Shown in pieces: positions 55,491-64,000 of a DNA stretch of 64,000 nt; position 1 is the stretch's first letter; each line of letters opens with the position of its first letter. The stretch spans positions 10,867-74,866 of the forward strand of contig SIAN01000017.1 in assembly GCA_009691715.1 (NCBI GenBank), written 5' to 3'. The notes below the pieces were generated by a model. It saw only the letters and a program-made list of their open reading frames with translations, had not been told where the DNA came from and did not search any database. A program made the translations under genes and the position numbers. This DNA is from Planctomycetota bacterium (GTDB lineage: Bacteria; Planctomycetota; B15-G4; SIAN01).

Positions 55491-57091
55491 TCTCAATGCG
55501 GGGCGTCGCTTTGGCGGTGGCGGCGGGGCACGCGCAGGACGCTGTCCCGCCGCCTGCGCCGCTCCCGTCGCTCGCGCTGCTGCGGACCACTCCCGAATCG
55601 TCGGCGTTCGCGCGCACCAGCACCTCCGCGGAAGTCGAGTCGTTCGTGGCGCGCTGCGTCGCGGCGTCGCCGCGCCTCGTGCGCCACTCGCTCGCCACCT
55701 CGACCAAGGGGCGTGACGTGCCGCTGGTGCTGGTGGCTGATCCGCCGCAGCCAAGCCTGGCCGCCGCCGCCGCATGCGGGAAACTGCCCGTGCTGATCTT
55801 CGCCAACATCCACGCCGGCGAAGTCGACGGCAAGGAGGCTGCGCTGCAGTTGCTGCGCGAGTTTGCGCAGGGCGAGCATGCGGCGCTGCTCGAGCGGTTG
55901 GTGATTGCGTTCGTGCCAAACCTGAATCCGGACGGCAACGACGCGCTCGACCGCAAGAACCGCCCCGACCAGAACGGGCCAGTCGATGGCGTCGGCCAGC
56001 GAGCCAACAGCCAGGGACTCGACTTGAACCGCGACTACGTGAAGCTCGAGTCGCCGGAGATCCGCGGCCTGGTCGCGGCGGTGCGCGAACTCGACGCCGT
56101 GCTGGTCATGGACCTGCACACGACCGACGGCAGCTTCCACGGCTACGAGCTCACCTATTCCACGCTGCTGCATCCGGCGAGCGACCCAAAGCTGCTCGCC
56201 TTCGGGCGCGACATCTTCCTGCCAGCGCTGCGGGCGGCAATGAGGGAACAGCAGTTCGCGACCTTCGACTACGGCGACTTCGCCGACGGCAACGCACCCG
56301 AGAAGGGCTGGTACAGCTTCGACCACCGGCCGCGCTACGGCACCAACTACTTTGGGCTCACGAACCGGCTCACGCTGCTCTCCGAGGCCTACAGCCACGA
56401 AAGCTTCGCGCGACGCATGGCCGCGACGCACGCGTTCGTGTTGGCGGCGCTCCACTTCGCCGCCGAGCACGCCAACGAGCTGCGCGCGCTGCGCCATGCC
56501 GCCGACGCGGCCGCGATCGCATTGCCGGGCGCGGAAGCGATCGCGCGGCGCGGCGCGATCTCCAAATCTCGCGACGAAGCCGTGCTCGTGGGGGAGTGCC
56601 GCAACGAAAAGGACACCATCACCGGCCTCGGTCGCGTCATCGACACCGGCGTCACCCGCGCGGTCTTGATGCCGGTTCACGTCCACTTCGAGGGCCGCGA
56701 ACCGATCGCGCTGCCCCGCGCCGGCTTCGCGCTGCCCGACCCAAGCGGAGAGATCGAGGCGCTGCTCGCCCGCCACGGCGTTCGCACAGAGCGCCTCGCT
56801 GCCGAACAGGTCGCGACCGGCGCGCGCTTCCGCATCACGTCGCGGCGGGCGTCGGAACGACCGTTCCAGGGCCACAGCCAGGTCGAGTTCGAGGGCGAGG
56901 ACGAGCCCTGGCGCGGGACGCTCGCGGCCGGAACGCTGTTCATGCCGGCGGCGCAGCCGCTCGCGCGCCTCGCCCTCTTGCTGCTTGACCCGCGCAGCGA
57001 CGACGGCCTCGCAACCTGGGGCCTGCTCGGCGCAGCCGCCGACGACAGCACACGCTTCGTCGTCGCGCGGATCGATCAGCGCGGTGAGTGA
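55487..57091 (+). CDS. M14 family metallocarboxypeptidase, secreted
   Basis: ATGA overlap with the upstream gene. IFANIHAGEVDGKEA (HxxE), NPDGND, LDLNRDY, VMDLHTTDG. Confidence 0.88.
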   Translation: MISMRGVALAVAAGHAQDAVPPPAPLPSLALLRTTPESSAFARTSTSAEVESFVARCVAASPRLVRHSLATSTKGRDVPLVLVADPPQPSLAAAAACGKLPVLIFANIHAGEVDGKEAALQLLREFAQGEHAALLERLVIAFVPNLNPDGNDALDRKNRPDQNGPVDGVGQRANSQGLDLNRDYVKLESPEIRGLVAAVRELDAVLVMDLHTTDGSFHGYELTYSTLLHPASDPKLLAFGRDIFLPALRAAMREQQFATFDYGDFADGNAPEKGWYSFDHRPRYGTNYFGLTNRLTLLSEAYSHESFARRMAATHAFVLAALHFAAEHANELRALRHAADAAAIALPGAEAIARRGAISKSRDEAVLVGECRNEKDTITGLGRVIDTGVTRAVLMPVHVHFEGREPIALPRAGFALPDPSGEIEALLARHGVRTERLAAEQVATGARFRITSRRASERPFQGHSQVEFEGEDEPWRGTLAAGTLFMPAAQPLARLALLLLDPRSDDGLATWGLLGAAADDSTRFVVARIDQRGE

Positions 57092-57327
57092 CGCCACCGC
57101 GCGACACACTCCGCTTGGAGCCGCGCGATGTGGGCTGCGGCGTGTTTCGCGTTGATCCGCCGTAGTGAGATCTGATCTCGTTGCGCCTCAAGTTCGGCCC
57201 GCTGTCGATGGATCTGGCCGGCGAGCGTCAGCCCGCAGGCGCGCCGGTGACGGCGGAGAGTCGCCGCGAAGCAGATGTTTCCAGAGGCTCGTCGTGCACT
57301 CCTCGCTCGCGGGCGCAGGCCGGACGT

Positions 57328-58158
57328 TCACTTCTTCCGCGCGAACCCCACCGAGCCCAGCACCTTCGCCGCGTCGTTGTGCGAGTGGGTGAACCCGCGG
57401 CGGCGCTCCTCGGCGACGGTGGCGGCGCTGCGGAAGGCGACGATGTAGGCGCGTCGCCAGCCGGCGCTCTTGTTGCCGCCTGAGCCGTGCAGCACGCGCT
57501 CGTTGTGGACGGTCACGTCGCCGCGCGCGATCTCTGCGAGCGTCACGCGGTCGCCCTTCACCAGATCGGTGACCAGCGTGTGCGACTTGCCGCGGTCGCC
57601 GTGCAACGGTCGGTGGGGGCGCAGCGGCACCAGGTGGCTGCCCGACACGAAGCGCATGCAGCCGTTCTCCGCGGTCGAGTCGTCGATGGCGAGCCAGCAG
57701 GTCGCGGTGCGCAGGTCGGGCGTGTCGGTCGGCCAGTAGGCGAGGTCCTGGTGCCAGCCGAAGACCGCGTCATCGCGCTGCGGCCGCTTCGCCAGCAGTT
57801 GGTCGTAATCGAGCGCCATGCCGGCACCGCAGAGTTGTTCCGCGATCGACGCCGCCCGCTGCTCGTAGACGTTGCCCTGCCAGGCCGGGTGGTAGCGGCG
57901 CGGCAGCATCACGTTGATGATCGAGAACTGCTCGACCGTCTTCGTGTAGTCACCCGACATGTCGCAGAAGTCCTTGCCCGCCACCGTGATCTCGCCGCGC
58001 AGGAAGCGGTCGTAGTCGGTCGCGAGCGCGGCAACTTCATCTGGCGCGAGCACGCCCGGCAGGTGGACCCAGCCGTCGCGCTCGAACGCCGCCTTCTGCG
58101 CGGTGCTGACGCGGTAGATGCCGCCGTCGCGCGCTGTCGATGGCATCGGCTGCGTCAT
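57328..58158 (-). CDS. Phytanoyl-CoA dioxygenase (PhyH) family Fe(II)/2-oxoglutarate oxygenase
   Basis: FGWHQDLAYWP (HxD), RFVSGSH, VHNERVLHGSGGN. Confidence 0.9.
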   Translation of the reverse strand: MTQPMPSTARDGGIYRVSTAQKAAFERDGWVHLPGVLAPDEVAALATDYDRFLRGEITVAGKDFCDMSGDYTKTVEQFSIINVMLPRRYHPAWQGNVYEQRAASIAEQLCGAGMALDYDQLLAKRPQRDDAVFGWHQDLAYWPTDTPDLRTATCWLAIDDSTAENGCMRFVSGSHLVPLRPHRPLHGDRGKSHTLVTDLVKGDRVTLAEIARGDVTVHNERVLHGSGGNKSAGWRRAYIVAFRSAATVAEERRRGFTHSHNDAAKVLGSVGFARKK

Positions 58159-58469
58159 CGGTGGATCCTCGTTTTCTGCACGCGACCTGCGTCACGCTAC
58201 CGACGGGTCGAAGATCGTGTCGAGTCCGCTCGGCGCCGGCTCGCCTTAGGATCGGCCGCCAGGGCCCGCAGGTCGCGCCATTCGAGCCAGTCGTTCGGCG
58301 CGCGAACCGCAGTGTCAGCAACCAGAGCGTCAGGAACTGCGGGCGCGCCCACTCGATCGTCGGGCGCAGGGTCGTGCGCAACGGCAGCGCAAATCCGGGC
58401 GGGAGCGGAGGCGCGTCGGTCGGCACTCGTCAGCGTTAACTTGCGCCATCCGATTGCGCTCCGAGTTTC

Positions 58470-59162
58470 GTGGTGGCTTCAACAATGGGCGAGGACGGTA
58501 CGACGGCGACGATCTGCGGGCAAGGAACGTGGCGGCGCATCGCGCCGCCGGATCGCCGTCGCGAGACGGTCGCGGTCGTGCGCGCCGCCGTACTGATCGT
58601 CGCCGCAGCGCTCCTCTGGATTGGCCGGAGCCGCGGGCGCGACCGCGCCGACGACTCCGTGACCGCGGCGCCGTGGGAGATCGCCTTCACGGCGTTGACC
58701 CCATCGCTGCAGCGTGACGTGCGCGAGTTGCATGAGGCAGCCGAGGAGGCGCTGCGGCGGCGCGCCGACGATGGAAGGTGGCCGAGTGTCGCGCAACTCG
58801 CCGCCGACGAGATCGCGCCGTTCGAGCCGCTGCCCGGACGAAAGCTGCCGCGCGCGTTTGTGCGGGTCGAAGCGCCCTTCGCGTGGCAGTACGTGGGCAA
58901 CGCTCCTGGCGAGCGGACGTTGCTGCTGCAAGTGCTCGAACCGCGGCCGGGCGAGAACGAAGCCCGGCCCGGCGTCCCGCTCGCACCGGACGAGCGCCAT
59001 CGCGTGCTGCCCGACGGCACCGTGCTGCACGTCTCGTTCTGGATCGGGCCGGAAGCTGCGGCGGGCACGACGGAAACAACGCGACCAGCTGCGCAGTTCC
59101 TCGGCGATCCAGCGCTCGCGGGGTTCAGCGAAGTCTTGCGACATGAGGGAGTGCGTCGATGA
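58470..59162 (+). CDS. Hypothetical single-pass membrane protein, start/stop-overlapped with the metal ABC operon
   Basis: GTG 58470, or alternatively ATG 58485. TM VAVVRAAVLIVAAALLWIG. ATGA overlap with the next gene. I recognise no family. Confidence 0.7.
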   Translation: MVASTMGEDGTTATICGQGTWRRIAPPDRRRETVAVVRAAVLIVAAALLWIGRSRGRDRADDSVTAAPWEIAFTALTPSLQRDVRELHEAAEEALRRRADDGRWPSVAQLAADEIAPFEPLPGRKLPRAFVRVEAPFAWQYVGNAPGERTLLLQVLEPRPGENEARPGVPLAPDERHRVLPDGTVLHVSFWIGPEAAAGTTETTRPAAQFLGDPALAGFSEVLRHEGVRR

Positions 59163-60097
59163 GACTGCATTGGAACCGGCTGCTGCTCACCGCATCGTCT
59201 CTTTCCCTGTTGCTCGGAGCGCCACTCACCCGCGCACAGCAGCCGGCGGCGCCAGCTCCGACGGCACCACCGCTCCGGGTCGGCGTCACGCTCCATCCCT
59301 ACTTCAGCTGGACGCGCGCCGTGGTCGCCGGCACCGACGTCGAGGTTTGCCCGGTGTTGCCAGGCGAGGTCGACGCCGGCAGCTACCAGCCACGGGTCGA
59401 GGAGATCAAGAAGCTCGCCGAACTCGACGTGCTGGTGGTGAACGGGCTCGGTCACGACGACTTCATCACGGCGATGGTGGAGGCGTCGGGCAATCGCCGG
59501 CTCCTGACGCTCTGCCCGAGCGACGCGACGCCCGTCTTGAAGGGCGCCCACGGCGAGGCGTCGAACAGCCACACCTTCCTGTCGTTCACCAACGCGATCC
59601 AGCAGACCTACTTCCTGGAACGTGAACTCACCAAGCTGCGACCCGCTCACGCGGCGACGTTTCATGCCAACGCGACGGCCTACGCCAGAAAGCTGCGCAA
59701 GATCAAGGCCGAGGCGGCAGCCAAGCTCGCCGCAGCGTTCGTTGACAACGAGCAGCCGCGAGTCGCGATGGTGCACGATGGCTACGCCTATCTGCTGCAG
59801 GAGTTCGGCTTCGAGGCGGCGGTGGTGGTCGAGCCGGCGCACGGACTCGTGCCGTCCGCCGTCGAACTGGCGGCGGCCATCGTCACCATCAAGGCGGAGA
59901 AGATCACCGCCATCTTCAGCGAGGAGAGCTTCCCGGCATCGCTGGTCGAGGTGGTGCGGCGCGACACCGGCGCGGCCGTATTCGTGCTGAGCCATGTCGC
60001 CACCGGCGACTACACCGACGACAAGTTCGAGCGCGAGATGGCCGAGAACACGGCGACGCTGGTGCGTGCGCTCGCATTGGTGAACCGCCGCCCGTGA
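59159..60097 (+). CDS. Metal ABC transporter substrate-binding protein (ZnuA/TroA family)
   Basis: Signal peptide, LRVGVTLHPYFSW, VVNGLGHDDF, NSHTFLS, HDGYAYLLQEFG. Confidence 0.88.
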   Translation: MRLHWNRLLLTASSLSLLLGAPLTRAQQPAAPAPTAPPLRVGVTLHPYFSWTRAVVAGTDVEVCPVLPGEVDAGSYQPRVEEIKKLAELDVLVVNGLGHDDFITAMVEASGNRRLLTLCPSDATPVLKGAHGEASNSHTFLSFTNAIQQTYFLERELTKLRPAHAATFHANATAYARKLRKIKAEAAAKLAAAFVDNEQPRVAMVHDGYAYLLQEFGFEAAVVVEPAHGLVPSAVELAAAIVTIKAEKITAIFSEESFPASLVEVVRRDTGAAVFVLSHVATGDYTDDKFEREMAENTATLVRALALVNRRP

Positions 60098-60744
60098 ACG
60101 AACGTGACGAAAGGGGTCGACGATTGGTGGCGCGCGCGCGCGGCGTCACGCTGCGAGCGCGCGGCGTGAATCTCATCGAGCGACTCGATCTCGCGGTGGC
60201 GGCTGGCACCATCCACGCGCTGGTCGGCCGCAACGGCTCGGGCAAGAGCACGTTGCTCAGGGCCTTCCTCGGCGAAACCGATTTCACCGGCGAGCTCGGC
60301 TGCATCGATCCGATCGGCTACGTGCCGCAGCAGTTCGAGCCCGATGCCACGGTCGCGCTCACCGTCGGCGAGTTTCTGGCGCTGACGCGACAGCGCTCTC
60401 CGCTTTTCCTCGGCCGCAGCGCGAGCCGCGCGCGCGTCGCCCGAGCGCTCGATCGGGTCGGCCTGCGCCACCTCGAACAACGACCGCTCTGCGAACTGTC
60501 GGGCGGCGAGCGGCGCCGCGTCCTGCTCGGCCACGCCTTCGAGCCGGAGCCGCCGCTGCTGTTGCTCGACGAGCCGACCGAAGGGCTGGACGCTGCGGCG
60601 CGCGAGCGCTTCGTCGAACTGCTGCGCGCGGCGCGCGCGGCTGGCAGCGGCGCGCTGCTGGTCACGCACGATCGCGCGCTGGTCGCAGCCTGCGCCGACG
60701 AAGTGACCGACCTCGACGCGCTCGACGCGAAGGGCGCGGCATGA
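60094..60744 (+). CDS. Metal ABC transporter ATP-binding protein (ZnuC-like)
   Basis: GRNGSGKSTLL, LSGGERRRVLL, LLLLDEPTEGLD. Confidence 0.9.
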   Translation: MNERDERGRRLVARARGVTLRARGVNLIERLDLAVAAGTIHALVGRNGSGKSTLLRAFLGETDFTGELGCIDPIGYVPQQFEPDATVALTVGEFLALTRQRSPLFLGRSASRARVARALDRVGLRHLEQRPLCELSGGERRRVLLGHAFEPEPPLLLLDEPTEGLDAAARERFVELLRAARAAGSGALLVTHDRALVAACADEVTDLDALDAKGAA

Positions 60745-61568
60745 ACTGGTTCGAGCTGCCGTTCCTGCGCCGCGGTTTCATCGCGGTTCTGCTGATCGCG
60801 CCGCTGCTCGGCGGCCTGTCGCACCTCGTCGTCGCGCGCCGCCTCGCCTTCCTGTCGACTGCGCTCGGTCAGGCAGCGCTGACCGGCCTCACCATCGGAC
60901 TCGCGCTCGGTGAGCCGCTCGACGAGCCGTGGGGCGGGATGACCGGCTTCTGCCTGCTGCTGGCGCTGCTGATGGTCTGGCTCAAGCGGCGAGCGGCGTT
61001 GCCCGCCGACACGCTGATCGGCGTCTTCGTGGCGTTCACCCTCGGACTCGGCATCTGCCTGCTGGTCGCGGTCACGCAACGATTCAATGTGCATCAGATC
61101 GAGGCGCTGATGTTCGGCAGCCTGCTCACCGTGACCCACGGCGATCTGTTGCGCCTCGCGCTGCTGCTCGTCGCGGTGGTCGTCGTGCTCCGCCGCTCCT
61201 ACAACGATCTCCTGCTCGACAGCGTCGCGCCGACGCTCGCACCGGCCTACGTGAAGAACCGCGCTCGCCTCGAGTACCTGCTGGTGATCGTGCTCACCAT
61301 CGCCATCGTCGCCAGCTTGAAGATCGTCGGCGCGCTGCTGGTCGAGGCACTGGTCGTCATCCCCGCCGCCGCCGGCCGCCAGCTCGCCACCACGCTGCGC
61401 GCCCACCTGCTGGCGAGCATCGCCATCGCCTTCCTCGGCGGCACCGGCGGCCTGGCCCTCTCCTGCGCCTTCAGCGTCCCGAGCGGCGGCGCCGTCGTGC
61501 TGGCGCTGGCGCTGCTGTTCGTGCTGGCGTACGCCGTCGGGGCGGTACGGCGCGCACGGAAACGCTGA
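60741..61568 (+). CDS. Metal ABC transporter permease (ABC-3/ZnuB-like)
   Basis: About 8 TM segments. FLRRGFIAVLLIAPLLGGLSHLVVARRLAF, typical of the ABC-3 family. Confidence 0.88.
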   Translation: MNWFELPFLRRGFIAVLLIAPLLGGLSHLVVARRLAFLSTALGQAALTGLTIGLALGEPLDEPWGGMTGFCLLLALLMVWLKRRAALPADTLIGVFVAFTLGLGICLLVAVTQRFNVHQIEALMFGSLLTVTHGDLLRLALLLVAVVVVLRRSYNDLLLDSVAPTLAPAYVKNRARLEYLLVIVLTIAIVASLKIVGALLVEALVVIPAAAGRQLATTLRAHLLASIAIAFLGGTGGLALSCAFSVPSGGAVVLALALLFVLAYAVGAVRRARKR

Positions 61569-61569
61569 G

Positions 61570-62931
61570 TCACTCCCCGCGCAACGCCGCGACCCCGGCG
61601 ATCACGCGCGGAGCCGGCCGTGCGACACGAAGCGCCCGCACCGACCGCCAGCTGATGTCGATCAGGCTCAGGTCGGAGAGGCCGCCGCCCGACTTCAACC
61701 GGGTCGGCGTCGAGATCAGGTACTCGAGTTCATCGTCGAGGTCGAAGTTGCCGGCGACGACGGCCGCCGCGGCGCGATCGAGGGTGAGGTGGCTGAGCGT
61801 GCGGCCGGGTGAGAACAGCAGCGCCGCCGGATCGTCGGCGCGCGAGGAGAGCAGCAGCAGCTCCTGCGCGTGGTCGCGGCTCACGTCCGGGAGTGCGGCG
61901 ACCGACGCGCCTTGTCGATCGGCGAGGTGGCGCGGGAGCGTGAGGCGGCCCTTAAGCGCGAACTGAGCGGGATCGAAGAAGGCGACGCTGCCGCGACCGG
62001 TGAGCGAGGCGATGACCAGCTCTTCGCGGCCGTCGCCGTCGAAGTCGCCGCAGGTTCCGGCGCGGCCGATCCCGAGGTCGGCGTCGGTCGGCGCGCCGAA
62101 CTGGCGTGACTGCGAGTCGACGAAGCGCTCCCACGCGAAGAAGCCGCCGGCCGCGCCGGAGCCGCCGTCCCATTCCGGGGCTCCGGCCACCAGCGCGGCG
62201 CCGCCTTCCGCTCGCGGCACCGCCACCAATGCGGAGCCGAACTGCCCGCCGGCGCCGCCCGCGTCCCAGCGCTCGCGACGTGCGAAGTCGGGTCCGAAGA
62301 AGACTTCGAGCGAAGGGCCATCGAGCGCGGCCGAGATTTCCGCCGGATGGGGCGCGCCGACGGCGAGGTCGGCGAAACCGTCATGGTCGAAGTCTCCGGT
62401 CGCGAGCGTCTCGCCGAAGCGGGCGCCGCTGCCAGGAAGGCTGCTCGACAGACGGGTCGATTCGGTGGGATCGAGCGGACCGAAGAAGACCCAGGTTTCG
62501 CCGGCCTCCGCGGTCGCGCCGACATCCGCGCGCGGGTCGCCGACCGCGACGTCGATCCTGCCGTCGCCATTCCAGTCGCCGGTCGCGAGGCTGGCGCCGA
62601 ACTGGTCGTGATGCTGGCTCGAATCGCCGACGCGGCGCCACGGCACCAGCACCTCGGTGACGGTGAGCGACGAGGGCGGGACGAACAGGACGATCCCGTC
62701 GCCGTCCGGGTCGCGCGAGGGCGAGCCGGTGATCAGCTCCGCTTCGCCGTCCTGATCGGTGTCTTCGAGCAGCAGCGCGCACCCGTAGTCCTGCTCGAGG
62801 TCGCCGAACTGCGCGGACTCGAACACCTCGACGTACGGGATCATGGCGGGCCCTTCCACCTTCACGCCGCAACCGGCGCCAAGCAGCAAGAGGGTTCCGT
62901 ATGCGCCTCGAACTGCCGATCGAGCTGCCAT
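61570..62931 (-). CDS. FG-GAP (integrin-alpha-like) repeat lipoprotein
   Basis: ATG 62931, MAARSAVRGAYGTLLLLGAGC. FGASLATGDWNGDGRIDVAVGDP, FGETLATGDFDHDGFADLAVGAP, CGDFDGDGREELV. Confidence 0.85.
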   Translation of the reverse strand: MAARSAVRGAYGTLLLLGAGCGVKVEGPAMIPYVEVFESAQFGDLEQDYGCALLLEDTDQDGEAELITGSPSRDPDGDGIVLFVPPSSLTVTEVLVPWRRVGDSSQHHDQFGASLATGDWNGDGRIDVAVGDPRADVGATAEAGETWVFFGPLDPTESTRLSSSLPGSGARFGETLATGDFDHDGFADLAVGAPHPAEISAALDGPSLEVFFGPDFARRERWDAGGAGGQFGSALVAVPRAEGGAALVAGAPEWDGGSGAAGGFFAWERFVDSQSRQFGAPTDADLGIGRAGTCGDFDGDGREELVIASLTGRGSVAFFDPAQFALKGRLTLPRHLADRQGASVAALPDVSRDHAQELLLLSSRADDPAALLFSPGRTLSHLTLDRAAAAVVAGNFDLDDELEYLISTPTRLKSGGGLSDLSLIDISWRSVRALRVARPAPRVIAGVAALRGE

Positions 62932-63177
62932 GCTGTGTTGCTCCCGCCACCGCGACGCTTGATGCGGCGACCGGCAGCGCTGCACTCGATCGGCGGGAGT
63001 GCGGGGACGACTTGCCGACGGCGGATCGCGAGCCGCCGCGCGCGAAAAAGTTTGGCGCGGCGACTGCGAAAGAAATGCGGAGCGAGCGGCGGCGGCGTTT
63101 CCAACCACGCCCGGGAAGGCGGACTCTCCCCGGCCTGCTCGCGCCGATCAGCGTGCGCCTGCGAATCGGAGCCTCTC

Positions 63178-64000
63178 ATGCGACTTCTCACTGCCATCGC
63201 CGTGTTGCCGGCCGCTGTTGCCCTCGCCCTCGCTGCCGGCTGCTCGATGCGGCTCGGTCATTTCGGTTCGGCTGACGTCTGGGTCGAGGCAACTGAGAAG
63301 TGCGACTTCAACGCCGCCGACTTTGACTGCGTCGCTGTCGTCACGCACAACGGCCGGATCGACGTGATCGCGGGACCGGAGGGGCGGGAGATGATCGAGC
63401 TGGTGGCGGCGAAGCGCGCGGGCGGCGACGACCTGGACGAAGCGAATGCGGCGCTGGCGGCGCTGGTGATCAGCCGCGAATCGCGCGGCCGGGTGCTGGA
63501 AATCCAGGCCGACTGGTGCGGCGACCCGAGCGACGACTGGGAGGCGCGCGTCCACTTCACGCTGACCGTCCCGCCGCGCCTCGCTGCTCGCCTCGAGTCG
63601 CACAACGGCGACGTTGCCTCGACCGGACTCTTGGGCGCGATCGACCTGTCGACGCACAACGGCGACATCACCATCGCGGGCGCGCGCGGGCGGGTCACGG
63701 CCGAAAGCCACAACGGCCGGATCGAATGCTGCGCCGACGGTGAACCGATCGAACTGTCGACCCACAACGGCGACATCTGCTTCGCCACCACGTCAACGCG
63801 CGTGTCGGGTGCGATCGAAAGCCACAACGGCGACATCGAGGTCGACCTGCCGCTCGGGGCCTGCGGCACGATCTTCGGCCATGGCAGCTTCAGTGCGCGC
63901 GATCTCGCGGCCACCGTGCAGATCGACGGTCGCGACTTCAAAGTCGAGCTCGGCGAACCGGCCGCCGCGCGACTGCGGCTCGCGACGCACAACGGCAGCG
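63178..64000 (+). CDS. DUF4097-like (putative adhesin beta-repeat) lipoprotein, partial; it continues beyond the right window edge
   Basis: Absent from the ORF track because there is no stop in the window. ATG 63178, MRLLTAIAVLPAAVALALAAGCS. Repeated S/THNG(D/R)I motif: THNGRIDV, SHNGDVAS, THNGDITI, SHNGRIEC, THNGDICF, SHNGDIEV, THNGS. Confidence 0.8.
   Translation, partial: MRLLTAIAVLPAAVALALAAGCSMRLGHFGSADVWVEATEKCDFNAADFDCVAVVTHNGRIDVIAGPEGREMIELVAAKRAGGDDLDEANAALAALVISRESRGRVLEIQADWCGDPSDDWEARVHFTLTVPPRLAARLESHNGDVASTGLLGAIDLSTHNGDITIAGARGRVTAESHNGRIECCADGEPIELSTHNGDICFATTSTRVSGAIESHNGDIEVDLPLGACGTIFGHGSFSARDLAATVQIDGRDFKVELGEPAAARLRLATHNGS

Noticed and set aside
57092-57327. A possible small ORF or leucine-zipper-like peptide (…QIHRQRAELEAQRDQISLRRINAKHAAAHIARLQAE…) in the gap between the convergent M14 and PhyH genes.
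   Set aside because: GC3 is about 70%, against about 90% in real genes here. The upstream part is Arg-rich, and there is no convincing start or RBS.
1-64000. tRNA, rRNA, CRISPR arrays, riboswitches, and prophage or IS elements.
   Set aside because: I found no T-arm-like GTTCGAATC-type motifs, no rRNA-like low-GC conserved blocks, and no regularly spaced 25-40 bp repeats. The intergenic regions are short, mostly under 150 nt.

Overview
A high-GC (about 70%) chromosomal window with roughly 50 densely packed genes. The gene content points to a high-GC Planctomycetota-like organism (inference): a PSCyt/DUF1549 protein, a DUF1570-like peptidase, a Tat-signal TIM-barrel isomerase, and CRTAC1/FG-GAP proteins. 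Most of the content is cell-envelope or secreted functions:
- Two M13 peptidases, an M14 carboxypeptidase and a DUF1570-like HExxH protease.
- A CRTAC1-TPR-CRTAC1 operon.
- A compact 5-gene MoxR-DUF58-vWA (Bat/aerotolerance-type) operon.
- An ABC-2 exporter followed by an EEP-family nuclease/phosphatase.
- A MacAB-like HlyD/ABC/FtsX x2 module.
- A ZnuABC-type metal importer.
- A ChaN-like lipoprotein and an arylsulfotransferase-like protein.
- A DEAD-box helicase whose start overlaps the stop of a cytochrome c/PHM-like copper monooxygenase.

I found no rRNA, tRNA, CRISPR array, transposase or integrase.

The most striking observation is that gene-disrupting lesions cluster in a few genes. There are 11 in-frame TAG/TGA codons, at least five frame changes and one 8-bp repeat expansion. 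All of them fall in eight envelope-modification or surface genes, and a ninth gene is N-terminally truncated:
- a GT-C/ArnT-like gene plus its ArnE-like partner;
- a PilX-like minor pilin;
- three SGNH esterases;
- an MBOAT O-acyltransferase;
- a lipoprotein with a DnaJ-type zinc finger;
- a small FG-GAP protein.

The remaining ~40 genes, about 47 kb, are intact.

Other points of interest:
- a pilin-like / PEP-CTERM-like 3-gene module that abuts the truncated ArnE-like gene;
- two diverged copies of an unknown ~150-aa secreted protein, 11 kb apart, each ending at a hairpin;
- a dense GTCAC/GTGAC palindrome array upstream of one of those copies.

All functional calls come from motif recognition by eye. 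No database search was run.
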